A stretch of 64,000 nt of DNA from a virus: the IMG/VR virus record IMGVR_UViG_3300032249_000542, positions 32,001 to 96,000 of that record; one strand, 5' to 3'. Under the pieces are notes generated by a model, which saw nothing but the letters and a program-made list of their open reading frames with translations, was not told where the DNA came from and did not search any database. This document shows, one piece after another, positions 25,318-36,429 of the stretch. Both the position numbers and the translations under genes were made by a program. Position 1 is the first letter of the stretch. The number at the start of each line of letters is the position of its first letter.

Positions 25318-27342
25318 ATGACTGATAATCAATTTGCAGGATTAAATGGATTTGTTTGGTGGGTCGGTGTTGTTGAGGACCGTCAAGATCCATTAAAACT
25401 TGGTAGATGTAAAGTAAGAATTTTTGGATGGCACTCAGAGGATATACAAAAAGTACCGACAGATTTACTTCCTTGGTCTCAAGCAATGATGCCGTTGAAT
25501 AACGCAAATCCTTATACTCCAAAAGAATCGGATGTTGTTGTTGGATTTTTTCTTGACGGCGATAATGCACAAACTCCAGTAATGATGGGTGTGCTTCCAG
25601 GGATTCCTTTAAACAAAGCAAATCCACAACAAGGTTTTAATGATACTAGAACAAATAAACAACTTGTAGTTGCTCCTGCAAAACCAAATCAAGAAAAAAA
25701 TTCATATCCTAGAAACTTAGATGAACCGACTACATCTAGGCTTGCAAGAAATGAAAATCCTACGCAAATAGATTTATTGAATCAATTAGTGTCAAAAGGA
25801 AACAAATATTTTGTCGCAAAACCTCCATCATATAATGCAAGATATCCTTATAACAATGCAATAGAAACTGAATCTGGACATGCATTTGAATTAGATGATA
25901 CACCAGAATATGAACGAATCAATATAATGCATCGTGGTGGTTCACATCTTGAGTTTAGACCAGAAGGATCGGTTCAACAAAAGATAATGAATAACAGTAC
26001 CCGAATGATTGAAGGCGATGAAACAGTTCATATTAAAGGAAATAAATTAGTTTACATTGACGGTGATTTAACTTACATAGTTGGCGGAAGTGTGACGTAC
26101 CAAGTTGAAAAAGATTTTTCTGTATCTGCAAAAAATGTCACATTCAACGCTAGAGGAAGTTTTTCAGCTGATGCTAAAGTATCAGCTTCATTGAGTGGAG
26201 TAGTTTCTAGCTCTTTAGGTGGATTGACTTCTATAATTACTTCGGTTGATGGAGTTAAAACAGATGTAACTGGAATGGCATCTCTTGATGCTAGTTCGTT
26301 TGGTAAAGCAACATTTGGTGGAAGTGCGACTGTAATTAATGGTGGTACGATTGCTCTAGTAAATATACCTGGCTCCGCTGAAGAAAGTTCAGCATCTAAA
26401 TCTGAACCACCAGCAGTGGGATCACCACTCACTAATCCAACAGTAGCTCCAAATATTACTGAGACAGCAACAGAATCAATAGACAATGCCATAGCCACTT
26501 ATGGTGTTCCAGATCCAAAAGTTTCAGATATTATAGGAACATCTGTATCAAACAAATCATATCTAGATGGTGTCCTCTATGGACCAACAAGTTATAATTG
26601 GACAAATCCAGTATCAATATCACAAAGTATGAGTGCTGTGAATCCAAGCTTTGCTGATTCACTAATAAAAGATTTGGGAAGAGGGCAAGTAGCACTAACT
26701 GATTGGATAAAGGGATTGCCGGAAGATTTGTATAATAAATCTGGATTGATAGAATTGGAAAAAGGATATGATAATGCTATCGCATTAAACAAGACAGCAA
26801 TCAGTTCTGGAAAACTTTCTGATTATGGAAAAGCTGGAAAAGCCTCAGTTGATTTGCTTGCAACAGGTGCTAAAGTTGGAGTTAATATATCAGGATTTAA
26901 CAAAGATGTTATTAATGCTTCACAGTTTGTAAAAGATAGTTGTTTGATAAAAACAGGTAAACAGTTTGCAAAAGACCTTGCACAACCATTAATTGATGCC
27001 GGAGATAAACTTAAAGAAGATTTAAAAGCAATGGATGATAATATTAAAGATTTGGATCCTAATCTAAAAGAAAGATTATCCGAACTAAGAAAATCTATTG
27101 ATAGTTTTGATGAAAAAGCATTGGATGAATTTATTAATGCTAATCATAAAGATGCAGCATGTCAACGATGTGCGAATGAAGCTTATACAAAACTTAGGAT
27201 ACAGGGAGTTGATAGAAAAACAGTATCCGAAGGAGTATCAAATTGTTTGTATAGGGAATATTCTGAATTTAAGAAAACATATGCTTCTAAGATACCTATT
27301 ACAGATAAAACCGCAGCTGATAATTTAAATAATTCTTGTTAG
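25318..27342 (+). CDS. gp5: Baseplate central spike gp5 (no lysozyme insert; long C-terminal extension)
   Basis: WWVGVVEDRQDPLKLGRCKVRI, LPW, GFFLDG, YPYN..IETESGH.FELDDTP..ERI, beta-helix repeats. Confidence 0.9.
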   Translation: MTDNQFAGLNGFVWWVGVVEDRQDPLKLGRCKVRIFGWHSEDIQKVPTDLLPWSQAMMPLNNANPYTPKESDVVVGFFLDGDNAQTPVMMGVLPGIPLNKANPQQGFNDTRTNKQLVVAPAKPNQEKNSYPRNLDEPTTSRLARNENPTQIDLLNQLVSKGNKYFVAKPPSYNARYPYNNAIETESGHAFELDDTPEYERINIMHRGGSHLEFRPEGSVQQKIMNNSTRMIEGDETVHIKGNKLVYIDGDLTYIVGGSVTYQVEKDFSVSAKNVTFNARGSFSADAKVSASLSGVVSSSLGGLTSIITSVDGVKTDVTGMASLDASSFGKATFGGSATVINGGTIALVNIPGSAEESSASKSEPPAVGSPLTNPTVAPNITETATESIDNAIATYGVPDPKVSDIIGTSVSNKSYLDGVLYGPTSYNWTNPVSISQSMSAVNPSFADSLIKDLGRGQVALTDWIKGLPEDLYNKSGLIELEKGYDNAIALNKTAISSGKLSDYGKAGKASVDLLATGAKVGVNISGFNKDVINASQFVKDSCLIKTGKQFAKDLAQPLIDAGDKLKEDLKAMDDNIKDLDPNLKERLSELRKSIDSFDEKALDEFINANHKDAACQRCANEAYTKLRIQGVDRKTVSEGVSNCLYREYSEFKKTYASKIPITDKTAADNLNNSC

Positions 27343-27349
27343 GATAGAA

Positions 27350-27655
27350 ATGCCTGGTTTTTTAGCTAAACAATTAGACGTAGTTTCAGATAGAGGATTC
27401 ATCGTTGGAGGTGGCTGGCCACTTGTAACTATTAACGGAATCAACGCAGCAAAACCTGGAGATTTAGTTGCTCCTCATGCATGTTGCGGAGCTCCTGGAT
27501 GTGAGATACATTGTAAAGCCATAATGACAGGTTTACTGAAAGCTGGGCAGATAACAATAAATGGATTACCCGTTGTTATACAAGGTGATTTAGCTACTTG
27601 TGCGGAACCAGTAAATAGACAAACAATACCTAGCGCAGTTTTTATTGGGCCATAA
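27350..27655 (+). CDS. gp5.4: PAAR-repeat spike tip protein gp5.4
   Basis: VTING..AA..GD...PH, ITING.PV...GDLATC; directly after gp5. Confidence 0.8.
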   Translation: MPGFLAKQLDVVSDRGFIVGGGWPLVTINGINAAKPGDLVAPHACCGAPGCEIHCKAIMTGLLKAGQITINGLPVVIQGDLATCAEPVNRQTIPSAVFIGP

Positions 27656-27657
27656 TC

Positions 27658-28452
27658 ATGGGAACATTATTCGATTCTTTACAATTAAATTTTGATACAA
27701 CTAAGTTTGGTAACGCATTAGATCCAAGAGGGACTTTGCAAAGGGACATAATTCTGAGTTCTCCTCCTTTGACTAAATGGCAGTATGATGCTGTTGCTAC
27801 AAATAATGTGGATAGAACAACTTATTTAAAAAATCCACTGGCAAATGTAGTTAATAACATCATCTCAACTGCAAACACACTTTATATAACAACAAATACA
27901 TATGCATACTTACCTAATGCAAACAGTTCTGTTTATAATTTAGAAATTGCAGCTAATAATTTTTTTAGGCATTCTCAAAGAATATCCGGATTAGAAGTTT
28001 CCACTAATAGTGCTTTACCTGATTTCTTTTCAGCAACAAGTTACGGTAGAAGTGTGTTTCCAATTTTTAGTAAATTTGAGGGTGTATCGAACAACAGTCC
28101 TATTTTAGGAAGTATGACAAGTCTGTTTGTAGAATCCGATCTATTAACTTATTCCGTAAGTTTGGAAGCTGCAAAAATAGAATTACAAAATAGTTTAGTT
28201 TCCTCAGGATTTCCAACAGTTACATATTCTTCAAATTTATCTTCAATTAGAATATCTGAAATATGTAACTTAATAAATTCTGCTGCATCATTTATGAATA
28301 CCAGAAGAACACATGATGTGAATTTCTTTGGAAGATTATTGCAGGTATCAAATAATTATATGGAGATTTCTCGTTATTCTGGATTTGCCGATATTGAGGC
28401 TCATTTAATTAGTAATTACATTGGTACAGACACTTTAAAAAATAACCTATAA
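27658..28452 (+). CDS. Hypothetical virion-region protein
   Basis: ORF between the PAAR gene and gp25. Confidence 0.65.
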   Translation: MGTLFDSLQLNFDTTKFGNALDPRGTLQRDIILSSPPLTKWQYDAVATNNVDRTTYLKNPLANVVNNIISTANTLYITTNTYAYLPNANSSVYNLEIAANNFFRHSQRISGLEVSTNSALPDFFSATSYGRSVFPIFSKFEGVSNNSPILGSMTSLFVESDLLTYSVSLEAAKIELQNSLVSSGFPTVTYSSNLSSIRISEICNLINSAASFMNTRRTHDVNFFGRLLQVSNNYMEISRYSGFADIEAHLISNYIGTDTLKNNL

Positions 28453-28455
28453 ATA
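28448..28455 (+). promoter_or_regulatory. T4 late promoter TATAAATA
   Basis: Exact consensus, 4 nt before the gp25 ATG. Confidence 0.7.
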
Positions 28456-28459
28456 GAAG

Positions 28460-28864
28460 ATGGCAACCACATTTACAAACGTAACAAGACAATACAGAGA
28501 CTTGGATTTGAATTTTAATATTCATCCAGTCCGTAAAGACATCAATAAAACTGTTGGTGATATGGCGGTTATTAACTCCATCAAGAATTTGATTTCCACA
28601 AACAATTATGAGAGATTATTTAATCCTACGTTTGGTGGAAATATCAGAGCACTATTGTTTGAAAATATGGATCCTGTGACTGCTCTTAGGATGGAAAAAG
28701 AAATAACTAAAATGGTTGAGAATTATGAACCTCGTGTAATTCTTAGTTCAATAACTATTGTTCCTCAATATGAAAACAATGCGTATGATGTCAAGATTAA
28801 GTTTCGTATTGTTAATCGTCCAGAACCGATACAAATTACATTTCAATTAGAGCGACTACGATAA
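28460..28864 (+). CDS. gp25: Baseplate wedge subunit gp25
   Basis: YRDLDLNF..HPV, SIKNLI.T...ERLF.P.FG, YEPRV. Confidence 0.92.
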   Translation: MATTFTNVTRQYRDLDLNFNIHPVRKDINKTVGDMAVINSIKNLISTNNYERLFNPTFGGNIRALLFENMDPVTALRMEKEITKMVENYEPRVILSSITIVPQYENNAYDVKIKFRIVNRPEPIQITFQLERLR

Positions 28865-30918
28865 TGGCAGACCGTTTACAAATAACAGACCTTGATTTTG
28901 ATACAATCAAGAATAATCTAAAAACATTTTTAACTCAACAATCTGAGTTTCAAGATTATGACTTTGAAGGTTCTGGATTAAGTATTCTTTTGGATGTTCT
29001 AGCGTACAATACGCACTACAATGCATACTATCTAAACATGGTAGCAAATGAAGCATTCATGGATACAGCTTTACTTAGGGATTCTGTAGTATCCCATGCG
29101 AAAGCATTAGGTTATATTCCTTATTCAAGATCACCTGCGGTAGCGAACGTAAATGTTCAAGTTATCGTTAATTCAAATGATACTGTTCAATCCTTGTCTA
29201 TTCCAAAAGGATTTAATTTCCAGTCAAATCTAATTGACAATAAATCATACACATTCAATGTAATTGACCCAATAACAGTATCGAGAACAGGTGATTCCTT
29301 TTATTTTGATAATGTTGATTTGTATGAAGGTGTTCTAATTTCTTTTGGTTCAACATACGATTCAACATCAAATCCTTTTTCAATATTTACTATACCAGAT
29401 ACAAATATTGATACAACAACATTAAAAGTTACTGTTCAATCATCGGCAGGAAATACTGCACTAGAAACATATTCTCTTGCAAGTGATATTTTAAATGTAG
29501 ATGCAACCTCTGCTGTTTACTTTCTACAAGAAGGTAGAAACCAACAATACCAAATATATTTTGGTGATGGAAAAATCGGAAAAGCAATATCAGATGGTTC
29601 TATTGTAACTGTTGAATATTTGATTACCAATGGAGCAGAAGCAGATAAAGCAAATGGATTTATTCCATTAACTGATATTAGTGGGTATGCAAATATTATA
29701 GTTACAGTAAATTCAGTTGCATCAGGAAGTTCAGAAAGGGAGTCTGTCGATAGCATCAAGTACTCCGCCCCATTACAGTTTGCCACACAAAATAGACTAG
29801 TTACTTATAAAGATTATGAATCTTATATTAAGAAAAATTACCCTAGTGTGGACTCTGTTTCCGTATGGGGAAGTGAGGATGACATTCCACCATCATATGG
29901 AAAAGTTATCCTATCACTTAAACCAAAGGAAAATTATTACATTTCTGAATTAGAGAAACAACGAATCATAGATGAAATCATCAAACCTAAATCTATAATT
30001 GCGATTCAAACTGAGATTCGTGATCCAGAATATTTATATCTGTTGGTAAATAATTACGTCAAGTATGATAAACGTAAAACAACAGATACCGAACAACAAA
30101 TAAAAAATAAAATTAGAAATGCAATTCTAAACTATCGTGAATTGAATCTGAATAGGTTCGGCGGACGTTTTGTTCTATCTAAACTACAAGATGCTGTGGA
30201 TAGCACGAACACAACTGCAATTATTGGTTCCGAAACTGTAGTTCGTGTTCAAAAAAGATTTGAACCAGAAATAGGTGTATTGAGAAACTATAAGTTAAAC
30301 TTTAATGTACCGTTACATAGAGGAACATTGACTAACAGATTAACTTCTACAGAATTTGATGTGTTTGATTCACAAGGAGTTTTAAGAACTGTTACCTATG
30401 AAGAATCAGCAGAAACATATACTGGTGTTGAAGATATTCAAGTTGTAAATCCTGGAGTTAATTACACATCTCCTCCAACAGTAACAATTACTGGTGATGG
30501 AAATGGAGCTACCGCAGTTGCAACTATCGTCAATCAAAGAGTAGAAAAAATTACTATTACTAATAGTGGTTTTGGTTATACCCGTGCTGTTGTGACACTT
30601 TCGGGCGGTGGTGGAAGTAGTGCTACAGCTGTTGCAATTGTTACTGCAAGAACTGGATTTTTAAGAACAGTTTATTATGATGCAGATGCACAGAAACAAA
30701 TTGTTAGCTCATCAGCCGGAAGAATTAATTACGAAACAGGTGAAATTACTTTATCTGATGTAGATATTCAAACAATATATTCTTCTGATAGTTTTATGAG
30801 AGTAACAATTGAATCTGATAAAGGTATTGTTGAAACAAACAGAAACACTATATTGGAAATAGATGTGAACGATTCTTCTTCTATAACGGTAGACCTATCT
30901 GAAATAAGTGCGAAGTAA
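28864..30918 (+). CDS. gp6: Baseplate wedge subunit gp6
   Basis: LDFDTIK, DYDFEGSGL, LAYNTHY, YFGDG, QNRLVT..DY. Confidence 0.93.
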   Translation: MADRLQITDLDFDTIKNNLKTFLTQQSEFQDYDFEGSGLSILLDVLAYNTHYNAYYLNMVANEAFMDTALLRDSVVSHAKALGYIPYSRSPAVANVNVQVIVNSNDTVQSLSIPKGFNFQSNLIDNKSYTFNVIDPITVSRTGDSFYFDNVDLYEGVLISFGSTYDSTSNPFSIFTIPDTNIDTTTLKVTVQSSAGNTALETYSLASDILNVDATSAVYFLQEGRNQQYQIYFGDGKIGKAISDGSIVTVEYLITNGAEADKANGFIPLTDISGYANIIVTVNSVASGSSERESVDSIKYSAPLQFATQNRLVTYKDYESYIKKNYPSVDSVSVWGSEDDIPPSYGKVILSLKPKENYYISELEKQRIIDEIIKPKSIIAIQTEIRDPEYLYLLVNNYVKYDKRKTTDTEQQIKNKIRNAILNYRELNLNRFGGRFVLSKLQDAVDSTNTTAIIGSETVVRVQKRFEPEIGVLRNYKLNFNVPLHRGTLTNRLTSTEFDVFDSQGVLRTVTYEESAETYTGVEDIQVVNPGVNYTSPPTVTITGDGNGATAVATIVNQRVEKITITNSGFGYTRAVVTLSGGGGSSATAVAIVTARTGFLRTVYYDADAQKQIVSSSAGRINYETGEITLSDVDIQTIYSSDSFMRVTIESDKGIVETNRNTILEIDVNDSSSITVDLSEISAK

Positions 30919-33548
30919 TGACTAGTTTAAAAATATCAAATTTAGTTCGCAATCAAGTTCCTGAATTTGTTCGTGAGCAACATCCTAAATTTGTTTCTTT
31001 CCTAGAAGCTTATTATGAGTTTTTGGAAACGCAACAAGGAACACAGAAAAATGATTTAATCAATCAGGCAAAGTCTTTACGATATTTGTCGGATGTTGAT
31101 TCTTCATTGGATACGTTTGAAAATAATTTCTATGAAAAGTTTGCATCTTTACTTCCTAGAGATGCTGCGGTACGTAAAGATATTCTTTTCAAAAATCTGA
31201 CAAATCTTTATTTGTCAAAAGGCAGTAGTTCATCATATAAACTTTTGTTTAGAATGTTGTTTGGTGAAGAACTTGAAATCATTGAACCAAAGAATGAAGT
31301 CCTTCGTGCATCTGCAAGCACGTGGTCAGTTGAAAATTCATTACGTGTAGACCCAGATACATTGTATTTACTACACAGCGGTAATGGAACTACTAAAACT
31401 TTTTTATTACCTAGTGCCTCATTTACAGTAAAATCTGTTTTAATTAATGGTGTTGAAACTACGGCGTATCTTGTAAATCAATATTCTAAAAGAATTATAT
31501 TCAATACCGCCCCTAGCAATGGTTCAACAATAAAGATTTTCTTTAATAATTTTGATTACTCTCTTTTAGTAAATCGTAAAATTGAAGGTAAGACTTCAAG
31601 AGCTTCCGGTATTACAGAACGATTTGCGGTCAGTCTTGTTTCAAATAGAAACATTGAGGATTTGTACATAAACTCAAAAACTGTTATAGGATCGTTTTCT
31701 AATGGTGAATTTTGTGTAACAGATATTATTGTAGACGGAAATTTATTAAACATAGAATTTTTAACATCTTCATCATTGCGTACTATTATTATTAATGAAG
31801 GTGGATCGAATTATTCAAACGGAGATTTGGTAATTGTATCTGGTGGTGGTGCAGATCAAGAAGCTGTCGCAGTTATTGAAGAAGTTTTTTCTGGCTTCAT
31901 TGATACGATTAGAGTAAATAAACCAGGAGCAGGATTTACAGTTGGTGGAATCATTGATGCAATAGACCCACCTCTTATCGTAAACGGTTCTATTGCAACG
32001 GTAAATACTTCATCTAGTAATGTAACTAATACCTATAGTATTTTATCGGATGTTCTTATTGCTAATTTATCTAGTATTATGATTGGTGCAGCTGATTATG
32101 CAATCGCTGGAAAATCAATAAGTAATACCTCAAAGATTATTACTTTGATGAATCCAAGAACAATTACAGTTGGTTCGATTGCAAACTGTCTAGTTGTTAC
32201 TGCAAACTCTGTTGCGACAGCTGTTCCTATTGTTCAAACTCAAGGTGCGACATACACCACAGGAACAGTAATTCATTCTATTACTGGATTCAGGTCAATA
32301 GGCGGTTATATAATTAATGGTTCCGGAGAAAACTATCGAGTTGGCGATGAAGTTATTTTTGGATCAAATCCAGTATTAACTGATGGTGTTGGTGCAGCTG
32401 CAAGGGTTAGTGCTACAGATACATCTGGTAGAATATTAAAATTAGATATCGAACCAACTAGATTAACTGGTACTGCAAACGTAACTGCAAATAGTCACAT
32501 TGTAACTGGAACAGGAACAAGTTTTGACACAGAAATAACAGTTGGTGATAGAATTATTGTAAATGGTGAATCAAGATTTGTTAATGCAATAACTAGTGCA
32601 ACTTCTATCAATTGTAACTTAGTGTTTACATATACGACTGCTGGGATAGATGCAGCAATTGGTAAGTATTGGATATACCCAACTGGTGGAACAAACTATA
32701 CACAAAATAGTTTTCCATCGATTACGATACGTTCAAGAATCGGTACAGGTGCAAATATAGCTATAGATTCGTGCATGGGTGACGGTGAGAATCTAACTGC
32801 AACTGGTTCTAAATTACCAGGAGCTATTGTTAAGATTAAAATTGTTGACGGTGGTAGAGGATATAAGTATATTCCGTTCATTAACTTAACAGAATCTGGT
32901 GATGGACTAGCAAGTGCAGAAGCAGAGATTGAAAGTTCGTTTGTAACCTTTGAAGGTAAGTGGACAACTTCTGATTCCATCATTTCTTCAACAGAAAGAA
33001 AAATTCAAGGTAAAGATTATTATGTAGACTATTCTTACATAACATCGTCAAAAGTTGAATTTAGAAAATACAAACAGATTTTAAAAGATTTACTACATCC
33101 TGCAGGTCTAATCAACTATGCAAGATATCGCATAGATAAAGAAGCGAATGTAACAAACTTAGGTGTTACAACTATCAGTCCTAATAAAGTAATTTCTGGT
33201 AAAGTTAATATTTCACAAGGGGGAATATATATTACTGGAGTGAATACTAAATTTGTTGATGGATATAATAAAGGTTATATTGGTATAGGTGATGGAATTG
33301 ATGTCAACGGCAGAATATATGTTGTTGAATCTATTATTAGTAACACAAACGTACAGGTATCACAAGTAACAACAACTCCACCTTTAGGAGTTATTTCTGC
33401 ACCAGTTCCGTTCAACGTAACGGCAAATCTAGAACCATTTATGATTCTTGGTGGAGTAACAAATGTTGCACCTGGAACTGCTGAAATAATATTAGAAAAT
33501 GGGGATATGTTAGTAACAGAAGATGGAAATATTATCACAACGGAATAA
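30918..33548 (+). CDS. gp7: Baseplate wedge initiator gp7-like
   Basis: QVPEFV...PKFV.FLEAYY, Y.SKG...SYKLLFR.LF, IQG.DYY.DYSY, LLHPAG. Confidence 0.8.
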   Translation: MTSLKISNLVRNQVPEFVREQHPKFVSFLEAYYEFLETQQGTQKNDLINQAKSLRYLSDVDSSLDTFENNFYEKFASLLPRDAAVRKDILFKNLTNLYLSKGSSSSYKLLFRMLFGEELEIIEPKNEVLRASASTWSVENSLRVDPDTLYLLHSGNGTTKTFLLPSASFTVKSVLINGVETTAYLVNQYSKRIIFNTAPSNGSTIKIFFNNFDYSLLVNRKIEGKTSRASGITERFAVSLVSNRNIEDLYINSKTVIGSFSNGEFCVTDIIVDGNLLNIEFLTSSSLRTIIINEGGSNYSNGDLVIVSGGGADQEAVAVIEEVFSGFIDTIRVNKPGAGFTVGGIIDAIDPPLIVNGSIATVNTSSSNVTNTYSILSDVLIANLSSIMIGAADYAIAGKSISNTSKIITLMNPRTITVGSIANCLVVTANSVATAVPIVQTQGATYTTGTVIHSITGFRSIGGYIINGSGENYRVGDEVIFGSNPVLTDGVGAAARVSATDTSGRILKLDIEPTRLTGTANVTANSHIVTGTGTSFDTEITVGDRIIVNGESRFVNAITSATSINCNLVFTYTTAGIDAAIGKYWIYPTGGTNYTQNSFPSITIRSRIGTGANIAIDSCMGDGENLTATGSKLPGAIVKIKIVDGGRGYKYIPFINLTESGDGLASAEAEIESSFVTFEGKWTTSDSIISSTERKIQGKDYYVDYSYITSSKVEFRKYKQILKDLLHPAGLINYARYRIDKEANVTNLGVTTISPNKVISGKVNISQGGIYITGVNTKFVDGYNKGYIGIGDGIDVNGRIYVVESIISNTNVQVSQVTTTPPLGVISAPVPFNVTANLEPFMILGGVTNVAPGTAEIILENGDMLVTEDGNIITTE

Positions 33549-33551
33549 CAA

Positions 33552-34820
33552 ATGGCAAATACAAAAATTACAGAACTGGTAATAGCATCGTCACTAGATT
33601 CTAATACACAAAATACTTTGTTTCTAATTGTAGACAGACAAAGTGGAACTCCAACAACTAAACAAGTTGAAATGAGTATATTAGATACGGTGTTTGATTA
33701 CACTACCTCAAAAGCAAACTCCGCAGCACTATATGCTAACGGTGCTTTTGTTCAATCAAACTCTGCGTATGGATCACAGAATACAACTGGCATATATGCT
33801 AATGCTGCGTTCCTACATGCGAATAATGCATACGGTTCTCAGAATACAACTGGTGTTTATGCCAATGCAGCATTCCTAAAAGCGAACACTCCATCGGATG
33901 TTGCGAACTCTGCGGCACTATATGCTAATGGTGCATTCGTACAAGCAAATGCTGCTTTTATTGCCACAAACACTTCTTCTGCCGGAAGTTATGCAAACTC
34001 AGCATTTTTAAAAGCTAATTCCGTATATGAATTGGCAAATCTCAATTACTTGCAAGCTGCCACTAGATTAAATGTATCATATACTGCTGCCGATGCTTAT
34101 TTGTTCGACCAATATGTTGGAAACAATCCAACTATCCGTGTATCTCCAGGTACAACTATTGCGTTTGATTTGAATTATGTTGGATCAAATTCTTTCATGA
34201 TTCGTCAATCTATTGGTGGAACTAATGTATCAACTAATTTAATTCACGTTTCACCTACTGGTGTTATATCACTTAATGATGAAGCGCAAGGTAAAAACTC
34301 AGGTATATTGTTCTTTAAAGTTCCAGTTGATATTGTCAACACAGATTATGCATATCAGAATTCCAATAATCCAGGAACCATGCGTGGAATAATTCGTATT
34401 GAGCAACATATTGGTGTTGTGCAAAATATTGCAAACGCAGGATACGTTCAAGCTAATACTCCTTCGCATGTTGCGAACTCTGCGGCACTTTATGCTAACG
34501 GTGCGTTTGCTCAAGCGAATGCTGCTTTCTTAACTGCAAACACTCCGCCTGCTATTGCAAACTCTGCTGCGTTATATGCTAATGGTGCGTTTGTACAATC
34601 GAATGCTGCTTTCCTAACTGCAAATACTCCTTCACATGTTGCGAACTCTGCTTCAACATATGCTAACGGTGCGTTCTTATCGGCGAATTCTGCATACAGT
34701 TATAGTTCAAATAATACTACAGCAAAGTGGGCCGCAACTGCTCCAACAACTGTTCAGGCAGCAATTGATAGACTTGCAAATGCAGTATATACACTAAGAA
34801 GTAATTCGCCAATACCTTAA
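33552..34820 (+). CDS. Virion fibre protein with Ala-Asn heptad repeats
   Basis: MANTKITEL N-terminus; ANSAALY/ANGAFVQ repeats flanking a beta-rich domain. Confidence 0.7.
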   Translation: MANTKITELVIASSLDSNTQNTLFLIVDRQSGTPTTKQVEMSILDTVFDYTTSKANSAALYANGAFVQSNSAYGSQNTTGIYANAAFLHANNAYGSQNTTGVYANAAFLKANTPSDVANSAALYANGAFVQANAAFIATNTSSAGSYANSAFLKANSVYELANLNYLQAATRLNVSYTAADAYLFDQYVGNNPTIRVSPGTTIAFDLNYVGSNSFMIRQSIGGTNVSTNLIHVSPTGVISLNDEAQGKNSGILFFKVPVDIVNTDYAYQNSNNPGTMRGIIRIEQHIGVVQNIANAGYVQANTPSHVANSAALYANGAFAQANAAFLTANTPPAIANSAALYANGAFVQSNAAFLTANTPSHVANSASTYANGAFLSANSAYSYSSNNTTAKWAATAPTTVQAAIDRLANAVYTLRSNSPIP

Positions 34821-34827
34821 AATGACA

Positions 34828-34835
34828 GATAAATA
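34828..34835 (+). promoter_or_regulatory. T4-type late promoter
   Basis: GATAAATA, 6 nt before the gp8 ATG. Confidence 0.6.
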
Positions 34836-34841
34836 ATTCCT

Positions 34842-36419
34842 ATGGCAAATACAGTAACGACAATTAAAACTAGGTTTAGTACCTCGGAACAGTTCAAGGA
34901 AAGTTTCTCTGAAGCTAATCCTACTGTTTCTTATGTTTTTATCGGAAATCATCTAGCATATACAGATGAAAATACACCCACAGATATTTCAGACACCGTT
35001 CAAGATGAAAAGGTTGTTTGGAATAATATGATTGGTGGTAAAAAGATTACAGGAAATGACGTTGAACATGTTGCTCCTCGTGTCAACTGGACGGCAAATA
35101 CAAAGTATCGTCAATTCGATGATCGCATTGATGCTTTAACATTATTATCTGCAAACACTACACAAAATCTAAAACCAATGTATGTGATTACAACTGGTCG
35201 TAGTGTGTATAAATGTTTGTCAAATAACACTTCAGCAAATTCTACGATAGAACCTACCGGTGATTATGCAACATCCAATGGTGTTATTGATACGGCAGAT
35301 GGTTATCGTTGGAAGTACATGTTCAATATTAAACCAGGGAATAAGTTTTTAACGCTAGATTGGATTCCTTGCCCAACAAGTAATGCACAATTAGATTACA
35401 CTTCCAGTAGGTTGGGAGTTGTTGATGGTGAATTAACGACCATTGTTGTTACTAACGGTGGAACAAATTACAATCACGCAAACGTCAATGTAGTATCATT
35501 TATTTCTGGAACAAATAGACTTACAATTTCTAATACAACGGTTGTATTGAATCAGTTTAATATTCCTACACTTGCAAACCTCACTAACATGTCAGTTACT
35601 GGTCCAGGTATTCGCCCAGGAACATACATCTCCGACATCAATGTTGCATCTGGTATTGTAACTCTTTCAACCAATACTAATAGTACAGGGGGAAATACAA
35701 ATCCTCTATCATTGACAAGTCGTGTTGCAATTATCGGAGACGGAACAAAAGCAGAAGCATCTGTTTTCATCAACAATACAGGTAATGTTGCAAACATCAA
35801 ATTAACAACAGTAGGTATAAACTATTCTTTTGCAAATGCAACTGTCTATGGTTCTGGAACTGGTGCAATAACTAGAGTTATTTTATCACCGAAGTATGGA
35901 CATGGATATAATCCAGCAAAAGAGTTGGGTGCTAAAAATATTATGGTTGCAGTTCGTGTGGGCGAAATTGATTCTACAGAAGGTGGAAAAATAACCGCAA
36001 ACACTAACTTCAGACAGTATGGAATCCTAAGGGATCCGCATAAATATGGTGAAACCTCAATTGTATCATCGGCAAATGCTAACTCTGCGATATCGCAAAC
36101 TACCGATTTGAATGTTGTTCCTGGGTCATTATATCAAGCAAATGAATTTGTTTATCAAGGAACTATTTCAAGTCCATCTGCATACGGATATGTGGTAGAT
36201 CAAACCGAATCTGTTATTAAGTTGACAGGAGTTCGTGGAGTAATGGCAACAGGATTGAATTTGCTTGGAGCAAATTCTGCAATTCAACGAACCGTTGTTT
36301 CAATTAAAAATCCAGATTTTCAATCATTCTCTGGTGACATTTTACATGTTGAAAACGTAACTGCGATTGATCGAGAAGAAGGTCAAGCAGAAGATATAAA
36401 ATTTGTTCTTAAATTCTAA
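34842..36419 (+). CDS. gp8: Baseplate wedge subunit gp8
   Basis: VYKCLSN, DGYRWKYM, P..GHG.NP.KELG, FRQYGIL.DP, EDIKFVLKF. Confidence 0.88.
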   Translation: MANTVTTIKTRFSTSEQFKESFSEANPTVSYVFIGNHLAYTDENTPTDISDTVQDEKVVWNNMIGGKKITGNDVEHVAPRVNWTANTKYRQFDDRIDALTLLSANTTQNLKPMYVITTGRSVYKCLSNNTSANSTIEPTGDYATSNGVIDTADGYRWKYMFNIKPGNKFLTLDWIPCPTSNAQLDYTSSRLGVVDGELTTIVVTNGGTNYNHANVNVVSFISGTNRLTISNTTVVLNQFNIPTLANLTNMSVTGPGIRPGTYISDINVASGIVTLSTNTNSTGGNTNPLSLTSRVAIIGDGTKAEASVFINNTGNVANIKLTTVGINYSFANATVYGSGTGAITRVILSPKYGHGYNPAKELGAKNIMVAVRVGEIDSTEGGKITANTNFRQYGILRDPHKYGETSIVSSANANSAISQTTDLNVVPGSLYQANEFVYQGTISSPSAYGYVVDQTESVIKLTGVRGVMATGLNLLGANSAIQRTVVSIKNPDFQSFSGDILHVENVTAIDREEGQAEDIKFVLKF

Positions 36420-36429
36420 AGGTTAATTC

